This document shows positions 7,547-17,669 of a stretch of DNA of 63,441 bases, piece after piece. Below the pieces are notes generated by a model that was not told the origin of the DNA, did no database searches, and worked only from the letters and a program-made list of their open reading frames with translations. Numbering within the stretch: position 1 is the first letter of the stretch; each line of letters begins with the position of its first letter. The stretch is from the NCBI GenBank assembly GCA_016288635.1, contig JAEEKZ010000027.1, positions 1-63,441 of the forward strand. Direction: 5' to 3'. The translations under genes and the position numbers were made by a program. The DNA comes from Bacillales bacterium (GTDB taxonomy: Bacteria > Bacillota_I > Bacilli_A > RF39 > UBA660).

Positions 7547-9981
7547 TTATATAATACTCCTCCCCATTCTACTGCTGTAAATCCTACTCTTGTAAATGGA
7601 GTAATTTTTTCTTCTTTAATATTTACTTTTTGATTAACTTTTTTAACATGAATAGCCATTCTTAATAATGAATCCGGTTTTGGAGATATATTAATTTTAT
7701 TATATGAATCTCTTTCTTCGGTTAATTCGAAATATACTAAGTTTTGTCCATTCTTTTCTAGTATTGGTAACCAATACATAATGAATTCATTTCTTTCACG
7801 ATCATTTAATCCTATGATTGATAGTTTTTCTTCTAAAAATTCAATGGCATTATCCTTAGTTACATAGAAGCCTTCTTTAAAATCAACAAAATGATTTAAA
7901 TCTTCTTCCCAATACAAACCATAATAGTATTTGCCATCTTTATCATATAAATCACCATTTGGTTTTGCAGTAACTGACCATTCATCTTTAAACTTAGGAT
8001 ATGTTGTTGTTAAATTATCTTCATGTTCAAAATTAACTGTTACTCTAGTTTCTTTTTCAGGATATAAATATAATATTGGTTTAGCATATCCTCCTATAGG
8101 AGTTACTTCTTTAGAATCCTTTCCTGTAGAAGGATCGTAAATGTATTCATATCCCCATTCATATCCATCATAATCTCCATCATTATCAGCAGCATCTTTT
8201 GTTATATATTTTTGCTTTTCTTCATTTGTTACTTCGTTAGTTTCCACAACAATATATATTCTGTCTTTTTCATCCATATATGATAACGGCCAATGAATAA
8301 AATAATCATCTGGTAATTGTTCGATTTCATGAATCACATTTTCTCTTTCATCAATTATTTTAAGCATTCTATCGCTATCTACAACGACAATATAGTCTCT
8401 CCAAAAATCAAAATCTTGATATTCTTTACTTTCATATAGAACTTGTTCATCTATATTATATTCTTTAAATTGGCCGCCTTCTCTTAATAAAAGATTATTT
8501 TCTTTGGAAACCTTAAAGTTAGCTTCAAATTCGCTATCATATAAATTTTTATCTTTAAATAATTCTTTTCCATCTTTAGTATAAAAATGTATGTGGGCTC
8601 CTCCCATATATTCTAAACCAAATAGGTAATAGAAGTCAGTTTTACCAAATCTATTCAACTCTTTTTCGGTTGGCACCAATGGGTTTCCGTCATAATCAAG
8701 CAAATATTCTCTGTCTTCAGGAATAAAGTCCAAATATCCGTCTTCTTTATATATATATTGTTCGTTCTTTATATCAAAAATATATTCATTATTTTCAAGA
8801 GAATAATATCCACATCCATGGCTAGTCTTGGAATGTTCGCATACAATTAATCCTCTTAATTTAGAGTCTGCTACAAGTTCAATATCTGTTGTTGTATCAA
8901 AATCCAATATATATGTTTCTTCTTTTGTTACATAATTGTATGCTACAAAACCATCATCCACAAATAATGCATAATCTCCACTTAGATCTTTAAAAACACA
9001 TTCTTTTTCTTTACATTTATATTTATCCAAAAGAGTATATTGACTTGAGGGTTCCATTTTTTCAATATTATAATTATATGCTCCTATATATGAATCATTG
9101 TATTCATCAGTTACCTTATAAATACTATATTCCTGACTGGGAACTATAAAGTCAATTTTGACGTTTTCGAGTCTATAATAATCATTTTTTATTGTTTTTA
9201 TTATTATGTTTTTCGCTTCTATAAAGAGATTTTCTGGTGAACTAATATCTTTAACTTTTAAAACATATTTGAAATTGCCTTGTATTGTGTTAGTTGGTGA
9301 AGAAATCACATCCTTAATTCTATTATCTTTAATAGTAGTGTTTTCTTCGTTTAAATATTCTATATTTTGAAATTCTAGCCCCGAACCATAATTAAGTTCA
9401 AGGAAAACCGTATCAATTTTAAATCCTTCTACTGCATTTAAATTATAGCTACATTTTATACTATCACCTGATCTAGTTATGCTATTTGAAGTATCTGAAT
9501 AATAGCCAACGTCTCTAAGACATCTTATACTAGGTTTAATAGATTCTTTTCCAAAACTTGATATATCTATAATTTCCGCATTCTTTGGTGGTGAAACAGT
9601 TTCATCCCATTCTTGTGGTATTTCTTCTGCATTCTTATCCGGTGGTGTTTCTACTGGTTTCTTTTTATTCAAATATTGTATATCAAGTATTATAAATAAT
9701 AATCCAAGTACTATAACCAATAATAAAACTATACTTGTTTTTGAAGTGTTATTCTTTGATTGTTCAACTGGGTTTGAAGCAGGATTTGATATTACTTCAG
9801 AATTATCATTCTCTTTTTCTCCGGTTACTAGTGGAACTTCCTTCTCCTCTTCTAGAACTGGGCCTTCAATTTGGATAGACTCAGTTTTCTCAGCAATCGG
9901 TTGTTCTTCTACTTTTGTTTCATCTTCTTTTAAAGATTTTTGTGGTACTAAATTTTGATTTTTAAACTTTTTCTTTGACAT
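7543..9981 (-). CDS. Large membrane-anchored hypothetical protein, paralogue of the 5583-7472 gene, with an extra C-terminal domain of about 190 aa
   Basis: 812-aa ORF with an AAGGAG SD. Shared blocks are TVFLELNYGSGLEF, NLFIEAKNIIIKT, ELVADSKLRGLIV, DYDGNPLVPTEKEL..FYYL and DRMLKIIDERENVIHE. The extra C-terminal domain begins GGYAKPILYLYPEKETRVTVNF. Confidence 0.7.
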   Translation of the reverse strand: MSKKKFKNQNLVPQKSLKEDETKVEEQPIAEKTESIQIEGPVLEEEKEVPLVTGEKENDNSEVISNPASNPVEQSKNNTSKTSIVLLLVIVLGLLFIILDIQYLNKKKPVETPPDKNAEEIPQEWDETVSPPKNAEIIDISSFGKESIKPSIRCLRDVGYYSDTSNSITRSGDSIKCSYNLNAVEGFKIDTVFLELNYGSGLEFQNIEYLNEENTTIKDNRIKDVISSPTNTIQGNFKYVLKVKDISSPENLFIEAKNIIIKTIKNDYYRLENVKIDFIVPSQEYSIYKVTDEYNDSYIGAYNYNIEKMEPSSQYTLLDKYKCKEKECVFKDLSGDYALFVDDGFVAYNYVTKEETYILDFDTTTDIELVADSKLRGLIVCEHSKTSHGCGYYSLENNEYIFDIKNEQYIYKEDGYLDFIPEDREYLLDYDGNPLVPTEKELNRFGKTDFYYLFGLEYMGGAHIHFYTKDGKELFKDKNLYDSEFEANFKVSKENNLLLREGGQFKEYNIDEQVLYESKEYQDFDFWRDYIVVVDSDRMLKIIDERENVIHEIEQLPDDYFIHWPLSYMDEKDRIYIVVETNEVTNEEKQKYITKDAADNDGDYDGYEWGYEYIYDPSTGKDSKEVTPIGGYAKPILYLYPEKETRVTVNFEHEDNLTTTYPKFKDEWSVTAKPNGDLYDKDGKYYYGLYWEEDLNHFVDFKEGFYVTKDNAIEFLEEKLSIIGLNDRERNEFIMYWLPILEKNGQNLVYFELTEERDSYNKINISPKPDSLLRMAIHVKKVNQKVNIKEEKITPFTRVGFTAVEWGGVLYN

Positions 9982-10042
9982 ATAGACAACTCCTTTATTA
10001 TAAGAAAATTATATCATAAAAAAATAGTGAAATGAATCACTA

Positions 10043-10690
10043 TTATTTTTTTCTTGTGCGACACGCTGGTCTAACATGAGCTGCTCTAAATTGATTTAAG
10101 AAATCTCTTAATGTATGTTCTTTATCAACTAGATAGAAATCTATTCCAGCATTTTGAGCGCCAATTCCATCACTTTTGGGATTATCCCCTATCATGATGC
10201 ATTCTTCCTTAGGAGTTGAGCCTATAGCAAGTTCAAATGATTCTAAATTGGGTTTCATAGCATCTTCTCCCGCTACTATTTTATCTATATGACCTAGTAA
10301 TCCTTTTTTTTCAAGTCTAGGTATTTGAGTTCCACTAAACCAATTAGTAAGAATTATTATTTTCTTTCCATGTGCTTTTAAGCATCCTAGTAGTTCTGCT
10401 GCACCATCTGCAACTTGATCTTCTATAGTTTTACCATTGTGAGTCATCCATCCACTTATGGTTTCTTCACTAACAGTAAATCCATGACTTTTAAAATAAT
10501 CACTTAATGTTTTAAAATCGTATCTTGGAAAATCTAATTCATATCTATCTAAAATAGATTGTTTTTGTCTAAAAAATTCTTCTTGTTCTTCAACAGGAAT
10601 TCTTTCTTTTAAATAATCATCTTCTTTAGACCAATCTGGAATTAATAAAGTATAGTCTAAATCAAATATAAATCTTTGGTAATCTTTCAT
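10043..10690 (-). CDS. HAD-superfamily hydrolase
   Basis: Motif I is FDLDYTL, motif II is ILTNW, and motif IV is GDNPKSDGIGAQNAG. The ATG at 10690 is preferred over the GTG at 10702, which has no SD. Confidence 0.75.
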   Translation of the reverse strand: MKDYQRFIFDLDYTLLIPDWSKEDDYLKERIPVEEQEEFFRQKQSILDRYELDFPRYDFKTLSDYFKSHGFTVSEETISGWMTHNGKTIEDQVADGAAELLGCLKAHGKKIIILTNWFSGTQIPRLEKKGLLGHIDKIVAGEDAMKPNLESFELAIGSTPKEECIMIGDNPKSDGIGAQNAGIDFYLVDKEHTLRDFLNQFRAAHVRPACRTRKK

Positions 10691-10759
10691 AATATCTCTC
10701 ACATTTCTGGTTATTTATTATATATTAATGGTTTTATTATTGCAATTAAAAAAGAGAGT

Positions 10760-11863
10760 TTATGCTCTCTTCATATTTGTTCTTCCATAATCGATTTCGA
10801 TAACATCTTTATCGATACTTCCTTTAACTTCTTTAGTCTCTACAGCATTAATAACTACCACTACAGCAAAGATCATAATATATAGATAGAATGATACAAA
10901 TCTATATAACAACATTGCGCCACTTAATAAAGTTTTACCAAAGGCTAAACCAAATATCTTTAAGAATAATGATTCACTAACGCCAATTGCTCCTGGAAGT
11001 GGTATTCCTGATACAGTTGTATATAATACTGCTTGCATAGAAAATAATTGGAAGAAGTTAAATGAATTTAATCCAAATGATCTATAAATAAAATATGGAA
11101 TTGAATGGAATAAACAAATTTGAACTAGTACTCTTAATACAGATTTAACAAATACTATCTTATGTGTTCTTATAAATTTAGCACTTTCTTCATATCTGTT
11201 TACTTCTTCATCTAGTTTTTCAATCTTTTTATCCTTATTTTTAACATTAAAGTTATTCATTATTTTAACTAGAAAATTACGTAATTTATATAACACTTTT
11301 TCATTAAATGTACTAAGTAACATAAAGATTAATGCTACTCCATTTATAGATATACCAAGTATATAAAACCAAATAATACCATCTTTTAGTAAACTAGGAT
11401 TTAATATAGCACATATAATTGATAATCCTATAGTACTTATTTGATATCCACATAATTGCAAAAGCATAGCTAGTGTACCATTAGAGGTAGATATACCATC
11501 TTTAGTCATGTAATATACCTCAACTGGCTGTCCTCCAGTTGCAGCTGGAGTTATAGCACTAAAGAAGTTACCAATACAAGTATATTTAAATGCTTTTAAA
11601 ATTGATGGTTTCTTTTCTTTTAAAGCCACTAGTACATTTCTAACATTAATTGTTTCAGCTAGATATACTCCTAGCATAAATAATGCACCAATTAACACAT
11701 ATATTTTATTTGATGATTTTAATGCATTTACTAATTCGTTAAGATCTTGATCTTTAAATAAAAACCAAAATGTAAAGATGATTAAGCCAACAAAGAATAC
11801 TAGATTTCTAATTAGTTTAATCGTTGCTTTCTTTTTTAGAGTCATATCTCTAAATCTTTCCAT
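10760..11863 (-). CDS. Flippase-like / lysyl-PG-synthase-TM (UPF0104) family membrane protein
   Basis: 367-aa polytopic protein. It carries the family-typical segment CIGNFFSAITPAATGGQPVEVYYM. It has an AAAGGGGAA SD. Confidence 0.7.
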   Translation of the reverse strand: MERFRDMTLKKKATIKLIRNLVFFVGLIIFTFWFLFKDQDLNELVNALKSSNKIYVLIGALFMLGVYLAETINVRNVLVALKEKKPSILKAFKYTCIGNFFSAITPAATGGQPVEVYYMTKDGISTSNGTLAMLLQLCGYQISTIGLSIICAILNPSLLKDGIIWFYILGISINGVALIFMLLSTFNEKVLYKLRNFLVKIMNNFNVKNKDKKIEKLDEEVNRYEESAKFIRTHKIVFVKSVLRVLVQICLFHSIPYFIYRSFGLNSFNFFQLFSMQAVLYTTVSGIPLPGAIGVSESLFLKIFGLAFGKTLLSGAMLLYRFVSFYLYIMIFAVVVVINAVETKEVKGSIDKDVIEIDYGRTNMKRA

Positions 11864-11953
11864 TTTTGCATTCCCCTTTCAAACGCACACCCAAACATTA
11901 TATCATAAATTATTAAATATCATAATGGTAAACTATGATATAATAATCGTGCT

Positions 11954-12976
11954 ATGAAGAATAATAATTATGAAGAGTTTGATTTGGTTAAATATAGTAT
12001 TTATACTGATAAATTAAAACTTGGAGAAAAGGTTCAAGTTATTTTAATCGCGGATTTACATAATTATTTAATAAATAAAAGAAAAGCTTTATTACTTGCT
12101 AACGCAATAAAGGATAGAAAACCACATCATATAGTTATTGCTGGTGATATAATTCAAGGAAGAAAATGGGAAAATAAAAAGGTATTATCGTCTATATCTA
12201 ACTTTTTAAATAATTTATCGGAAGTTGCACCTGTCTTTATTATTAGGGGTAATCATGACTTAGTGGGAATTAATAATAAAAGAAATGATTATTTTAAAAG
12301 TTTAGAGGTTAAAAATAAAGTATATGCTTTGGATAATGATTTAGTTACATATGATAATTTTGATATAGTTGGATTTAACCCCTCAAAAGAAATATATGAT
12401 TTAGGACTACAACAACACGGATTAGCTCATGATAGATTTATTAAAGAATTTATGAATAAAGGAATTAAGTTGAAAAAGAGTAAAAATATAACTGAATTTG
12501 TTGGACATAGTCCTTATCTTTTTGCCAAGTCTGAAAATGGTATTGGATTAGATGATTTAAAGTATGTAGATACTATTTATACAGGCCATATGCATAATGG
12601 GTATTATAGATCATCTACAACTAAAAATAAGCCAGATAAGTATTTAGATTATGGTTATGTAGAAAGATCTTATTCATTTAATAAATATGGTAAGTTATGT
12701 TCTTTTAATCCCCTCTTCTTTAGTAAAACTGATTTATGTAGAGGTGTTATTTATATTGATGATAATTCTAATAAAAGAATACTTCAATTACGTAATAATC
12801 ATTTTTATATTTACGATAATAAATGGGATAATATAGATGAAAAGGACGCAAGAAAACTAATTAAAGATAATAATTATCATCCTATGGTAATAACTGGTGG
12901 TATTAGAAAATTCTTTGGATTTAATTTACCAAATGATAAACCAGAAATAACAGAAATAACTTATGAAGGGAAATAA
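11954..12976 (+). CDS. Metallophosphoesterase (calcineurin-like)
   Basis: Motifs are IADLHN, GDIIQG, GNHD and GHMH. There is no SD. A TGaTATAAT box ends 9 nt before the ATG, so the mRNA may be leaderless. Confidence 0.75.
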   Translation: MKNNNYEEFDLVKYSIYTDKLKLGEKVQVILIADLHNYLINKRKALLLANAIKDRKPHHIVIAGDIIQGRKWENKKVLSSISNFLNNLSEVAPVFIIRGNHDLVGINNKRNDYFKSLEVKNKVYALDNDLVTYDNFDIVGFNPSKEIYDLGLQQHGLAHDRFIKEFMNKGIKLKKSKNITEFVGHSPYLFAKSENGIGLDDLKYVDTIYTGHMHNGYYRSSTTKNKPDKYLDYGYVERSYSFNKYGKLCSFNPLFFSKTDLCRGVIYIDDNSNKRILQLRNNHFYIYDNKWDNIDEKDARKLIKDNNYHPMVITGGIRKFFGFNLPNDKPEITEITYEGK

Positions 12977-12999
12977 AAAGAAGCTTAAAGCTTCTTTTT
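12976..12999. terminator. Bidirectional terminator
   Basis: AAAAAGAAGC-TTAAA-GCTTCTTTTT between convergent genes. Confidence 0.7.
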
Positions 13000-13000
13000 A

Positions 13001-13612
13001 TTATCCTTTTAATTCATTTATTACTGATTTTTCTCTTTCTTTTGCTTTTCTTTTTCTAACCCTTTCTCTTTGAATTAGATCTTTTCTTATGCTCTTATTA
13101 AGGTTAGCAATTGTCTTTATTTCTAATTTTGCTTGTTCTTTATCGCTATATCTTTTTTCATCTACACTGAAATATTGTTCTAATTGTTCATCATCTCTAT
13201 ATGGTTCAACAAATCTGCTTTCTAAATCATCAGAAACCATGTTTCCAGCTTTCCATCCTATTATGCCACATAATACACCAAGACATTTATCACCGGTGCT
13301 GTTGTTTTTTCCTAATATAAACATGACTGCATTAAATAATCCCAATCTAAATAATAAAAGACATATTCTTATTACTTTTATTCGCTTTAAATAAATACGA
13401 TTATCCTCTTTTAATTTTTCATATAAAGGAGTTTCTTCAAGTAACTTAGTTAAAAGAGCTTTTATTCTAGTATATATATCGTTAACTAATTTTCCTGTTT
13501 CGTCATATGAATAATTAATACCTTTAACCTTCATTGCCATTGTTTGAATATCATATTCAGTTTTATATTCTTCTAGATCATCTAATAATCTTTTGATATC
13601 CTCTTCATGCAT
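13001..13612 (-). CDS. Hypothetical membrane protein with coiled-coil flanks
   Basis: ATG at 13612 is preceded by an AAAGGTGAT SD. The GTG start at 13621 in the ORF track is part of that SD. It has central hydrophobic helices and a basic C-terminus. Confidence 0.6.
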   Translation of the reverse strand: MHEEDIKRLLDDLEEYKTEYDIQTMAMKVKGINYSYDETGKLVNDIYTRIKALLTKLLEETPLYEKLKEDNRIYLKRIKVIRICLLLFRLGLFNAVMFILGKNNSTGDKCLGVLCGIIGWKAGNMVSDDLESRFVEPYRDDEQLEQYFSVDEKRYSDKEQAKLEIKTIANLNKSIRKDLIQRERVRKRKAKEREKSVINELKG

Positions 13613-13732
13613 TTTTATCACCTTTATTAGTTAATAATTATAAACTAAATTAGTATTTTATTCAATTGCTATAAGTTAAAAATGTCTATCACTTTTATTA
13701 ATTATAAGATATAATTCTATTTGGTGGTTTAA

Positions 13733-14083
13733 ATGGATTTTGTTAAAAAATATTTTTTATATTTAGTTAGATGGCAACTTAGTACTCCTATTTTAGCCAT
13801 AGTATTAAAATTGCTTTCAAATATGAGTACATTAACTGCAACAATTATTGCAAACTTAATTGGAGGTCTAATTTTCTTTTGGGTAGATAAAGTTATATTT
13901 AAAAAAACTTCTGATGTTCCTTTGTGGGAAATAAAGAATAACGTTACTTGTTATGATTGCCATAAAAAAAGTAAAGGTTATCGTATAGTTTTATGGGGTA
14001 ACTATGATAGAACTGACGATAAAAATCCTCATTATAGATGTCGTGATTGTAGTATTAAGAAAATGCATACGATAGCAAAATAA
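13733..14083 (+). CDS. Small membrane protein with a C-terminal CxxC..CxxC zinc ribbon
   Basis: 116 aa with a GGTGG SD. It has two TM helices followed by CYDC...CRDC. A hairpin terminator follows. Confidence 0.6.
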   Translation: MDFVKKYFLYLVRWQLSTPILAIVLKLLSNMSTLTATIIANLIGGLIFFWVDKVIFKKTSDVPLWEIKNNVTCYDCHKKSKGYRIVLWGNYDRTDDKNPHYRCRDCSIKKMHTIAK

Positions 14084-14108
14084 AAAAGATATCATTTGAT
14101 ATCTTTTT
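14082..14108. terminator. Bidirectional terminator
   Basis: AAAAAAGATATCA-TT-TGATATCTTTTT between convergent genes. Confidence 0.7.
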
Positions 14109-14805
14109 ATCTTGCACCTTTATTTGCTGCTTTATATGCAAATACATCTTTTCTAAACAAGTTTCCTATTTGATCTATTGCATCTGGATTAATGGCATAT
14201 TCTGAAATACCTAATTTTAGATTTCCTCTTACATACTGAGCAATTTTAGCTTCTGTTGTTAAAGTTGCACAATCATCTATTGTTGACACGCTATCTCCAA
14301 CCATAGAAGCTATTGGTTCATCTTTACCATCTAAAGCAAATATATAAGTTATTTCGCTGTTATTTAATTTAATGTTTGTTAGTTCAGTTGAAAAACTAGC
14401 AACTGTTTTTCCTTCAGCATTAACATATCCTGTTTTAGCCTCAGTTAATAAATTATGTCTATTAACATCTTCAAAGCCTTCATAATAGCCACTTAAATTC
14501 AATCCTTTATCAAAGTATAATAGTTCACCGTTAGCTAATCTGTATTCAAAATATACTTCATGTACTGGCATTTCATAAGAATTTCCATTTTTATCAACAC
14601 GTTCCTTAACACTACAATCAACTGCTACACTTAAGTTCTTTCCTGACTCACAAGTTATAGTTAATGTATTTCCTTTTTTTTCGTATACGAATATTTCATC
14701 ACCAATTTTTTTATAACCATGCATATCGGAAATCTCAGTACTAATTCCCAATGTTTTAATTATATTAGCTACTTCTTGAAGCCCTAATCTCTTAAATACT
14801 TCCAT
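14107..14805 (-). CDS. Hypothetical protein
   Basis: 232-aa ORF with a GGGGAGG SD, flanked by terminators. No motif recognised. Confidence 0.6.
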   Translation of the reverse strand: MEVFKRLGLQEVANIIKTLGISTEISDMHGYKKIGDEIFVYEKKGNTLTITCESGKNLSVAVDCSVKERVDKNGNSYEMPVHEVYFEYRLANGELLYFDKGLNLSGYYEGFEDVNRHNLLTEAKTGYVNAEGKTVASFSTELTNIKLNNSEITYIFALDGKDEPIASMVGDSVSTIDDCATLTTEAKIAQYVRGNLKLGISEYAINPDAIDQIGNLFRKDVFAYKAANKGAR

Positions 14806-14869
14806 AATAACCTCCCCATAGATAAGTTATTATTATAGTTATTTTTATGGAAATATCAACTATTTTTAA

Positions 14870-15826
14870 TTATTGTTCTTCTTTTAATTCTTTTGCCCTT
14901 TCAACTAGTTTTAACATGTAACCGTCCATGATCATATCATCTACAAGTCCTTCGCTGATTCTTTCACCATTATAAAAAGCTATAATTAAATAAGATACTC
15001 TTTTTATATCTAATGTATTGTAATCATATTTTCTATAGTTTTCTTTAGAAAATTCATCATAGTATTCATTGTAATAACTATCATCAATATATTTATTTTC
15101 TTTTAAGAATTTTGGAATATCAAAGGCTCTTATATCATATTTTAATCCGCCCATATAAATAATCTTTTCCCCGTTTTTCCCAATTGTATAACTTGGATCT
15201 GGAGTATAGTATTCTGCCTTTTTATAGTCGTTTTTTAGATAATTAATTATTTCGTCAATTGAATTAAATCCTCTTTTAGTTTCTTCTTCGTATTCTTTAT
15301 TCATTTTGTCTTGTTGCGCAATTGCTTTTTCATATTCATCATCACCAAATGCACATAATAGAACATCTACATCATAATCATAATTTGAATTAATGAATCG
15401 ATTATATGCTTTAATACAGTATTTTGTAGATATAGCAACAGGATTATCTAGTTTACCACCAAATATACCTGAACTTATTAATGGGAAAGCAATTGAATGA
15501 TAATTGTATTTTTTTAACTCTTCTAATGATTTATAGTAGGCATCGCATAATTCCCCGAATGCTTCTGGAGAATAATAAAAATTAGGTCCAACTGCATGAA
15601 TAATAATCTTGGCATTTTTTATATTAAATGCTGGAGTAACTATTACTTCTCCATCCCTAACTGGCAAATTATATTTATTGCATGCATCATCTAGTCCAGC
15701 ACCTGCTTTATCGTGAATTGCTCTTGCAACTCCTCCAGAGTGAATCATATCGCCATTAGCGGCATTAACTATAGCATCTACTTCTTGATCTACACATGAA
15801 CCATTAATTATTTTAAAACTACTCAT
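14870..15826 (-). CDS. Macro-domain protein (ADP-ribose/O-acetyl-ADP-ribose hydrolase type) with a C-terminal extension of about 150 aa
   Basis: Macro-domain motifs are IVNAANGDMIHSGGVARAIH and FPLISSGIFGG. It has an AAGGAGGAA SD. The C-terminal half is Tyr/Lys-rich and uncharacterised. Confidence 0.75.
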   Translation of the reverse strand: MSSFKIINGSCVDQEVDAIVNAANGDMIHSGGVARAIHDKAGAGLDDACNKYNLPVRDGEVIVTPAFNIKNAKIIIHAVGPNFYYSPEAFGELCDAYYKSLEELKKYNYHSIAFPLISSGIFGGKLDNPVAISTKYCIKAYNRFINSNYDYDVDVLLCAFGDDEYEKAIAQQDKMNKEYEEETKRGFNSIDEIINYLKNDYKKAEYYTPDPSYTIGKNGEKIIYMGGLKYDIRAFDIPKFLKENKYIDDSYYNEYYDEFSKENYRKYDYNTLDIKRVSYLIIAFYNGERISEGLVDDMIMDGYMLKLVERAKELKEEQ

Positions 15827-15846
15827 TATATTCCTCCTTATTTTGT

Positions 15847-16119
15847 TTATATTTTTTTTATTTTAGCCTTCATAGCATCAATTTCATCTAGCATGTCCCA
15901 GACGGCATCTTCGCTTAATACTCCCGCTTTAATATGTTTTATTCTTCCTTTTTCATATAATTCTTTATCTTTGAACCAAGCTTTACTTCCATAATATCTT
16001 TTTAGTTGAATTAAGTCTTTTTTATTTTCTTTAAAGTGATCTATCGCTGTATTTAATTCTTTTATATTAGCTAATATTTTATCTAATCTTTCTTCATTTT
16101 TGTTAATTCTATCTATCAT
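15847..16119 (-). CDS. DUF4298-like small helical protein
   Basis: 90 aa. It carries the family-typical YYGSKAWFKDKE...GVLSEDAVWDMLDE. Confidence 0.6.
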   Translation of the reverse strand: MIDRINKNEERLDKILANIKELNTAIDHFKENKKDLIQLKRYYGSKAWFKDKELYEKGRIKHIKAGVLSEDAVWDMLDEIDAMKAKIKKI

Positions 16120-16166
16120 AATCCATCACTAGTTTTATTATAACATTAAAAAAGAGAATAATTATA

Positions 16167-17006
16167 TTATTCTCCACTTTTAACAGTTATATCACCCGTC
16201 ACTGTATTAATAGTTAATTCTGCAGTCCCATATCTATTGTTATTGTTTATTCTTATATCCCCAGTTTTAGATGATGCATTAAAGTATATATCACTTGAAG
16301 ATTTAAGCACTTTAATATCTCCACTTGTTACTTTGATTTTTGAATCTTCAGTTAATGATAAATCATTAATTTTTACATCTCCTGATTGCGTTTTAAGTTC
16401 TATATGATTATTTATCTTATTAATATCTACATCTCCAGAAGTAGAGTTTATTATTAGGTTATTTACTTCTTTAACGAAAATGTCTCCGCTTGTTACGCTT
16501 AAATCTGCATCTTTAACTTTATCTAGTTTAATATCCCCACTTGTGGATTTAATAGAAACATTATTAAATTCTATTTCAGATGTAATATCTCCTGATGTGC
16601 TAATAATTACTAAATCATATATATTTTCTGGCAAAGATATAACTACTTTTTTATTCATTGTTGCAATTCCAAAATGGACTTTTGTTTTATTTTTAGATAC
16701 AACTTTCAAAGTGCTATCAGTTACACCTACATATACTGAACTATCTTCTTCATCATATACTTTAACATTTACAATGTTATCGTTTGCTTTAACAAATTCA
16801 ATATCTAGGCTTTCTGTACTAATATCTATTTTATTAAATTCTTCTTCAATGATTTCATCATATATTAATGTGGCTTTAGAAATACCAAAATTGAATTTCT
16901 CAAAGACATTGTAGTCTTTTTTAATAAATAATACTAATATGCATGAAAGAATTGCTATAGCTAACAATAATAATATTATTTTTAATAAGGCAATTGTTTT
17001 TTCCAT
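16167..17006 (-). CDS. DUF4097-type beta-strand-repeat protein, membrane anchored
   Basis: It has an N-terminal TM helix and then at least 6 (T/S)SGD(I/V) repeat units. Its start overlaps the stop of the upstream XRE gene in a TAATG junction at 17006. Confidence 0.7.
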   Translation of the reverse strand: MEKTIALLKIILLLLAIAILSCILVLFIKKDYNVFEKFNFGISKATLIYDEIIEEEFNKIDISTESLDIEFVKANDNIVNVKVYDEEDSSVYVGVTDSTLKVVSKNKTKVHFGIATMNKKVVISLPENIYDLVIISTSGDITSEIEFNNVSIKSTSGDIKLDKVKDADLSVTSGDIFVKEVNNLIINSTSGDVDINKINNHIELKTQSGDVKINDLSLTEDSKIKVTSGDIKVLKSSSDIYFNASSKTGDIRINNNNRYGTAELTINTVTGDITVKSGE

Positions 17007-17626
17007 TACTCAACATCCTCCCCTTTATTGTTTTTTAGATAATAAATCAATTCTACAATTTTATTTACTAAACCAACAATAATAAAGATAATCCATGTGA
17101 TATGCCATGCATATGTTGAAAATGAAACCATTAAATAAATAATTACACCTATTATACCTACTATACCTTGTACTTGACTAATAATAGTCTTTTGTTTAGT
17201 TGTAGGTTCATCTTTTGATTCTTTCTTATAATATATACCATTATAGATAAGTAGTCCTGTTGCAATAGCAATTATTGTGAAGAATAATGATACACCTATA
17301 ATAGGACTATTAAATACTTCAGCACATAATATTATTGAAACTAAAGATATAATATACATTGAGACTGCAACAGCAATATTTCTAGCATAATTAGATTTAA
17401 CATTATCTGCTTTAGCTTCTACTATATCTTTATTACCTGTTAATAGTTCATCTGTTGTAATACCAAAATAATTACATAAAGGAACTATTTTATCAAAGTC
17501 AGGAACAGATTGATTTGTTTCCCACTTTGATATTGTTTGTCTAGATACATCTAGTTCATTTGCAAGATCTTCTTGCGATAAATTTCTTTCTCTTCTTAGT
17601 TTTAACAATCTATCTCCAATTGTCAT
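17006..17626 (-). CDS. Membrane-tethered XRE-family HTH regulator
   Basis: The HTH is LRRERNLSQEDLANELDVSRQTISKWETNQSVPD. Four TM helices follow. It has an AGAGGTGAT SD. Confidence 0.8.
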   Translation of the reverse strand: MTIGDRLLKLRRERNLSQEDLANELDVSRQTISKWETNQSVPDFDKIVPLCNYFGITTDELLTGNKDIVEAKADNVKSNYARNIAVAVSMYIISLVSIILCAEVFNSPIIGVSLFFTIIAIATGLLIYNGIYYKKESKDEPTTKQKTIISQVQGIVGIIGVIIYLMVSFSTYAWHITWIIFIIVGLVNKIVELIYYLKNNKGEDVE

Positions 17627-17669
17627 ACTAAATCACCTCTTTCTGGCATAAATTATATTACTCTTACCG

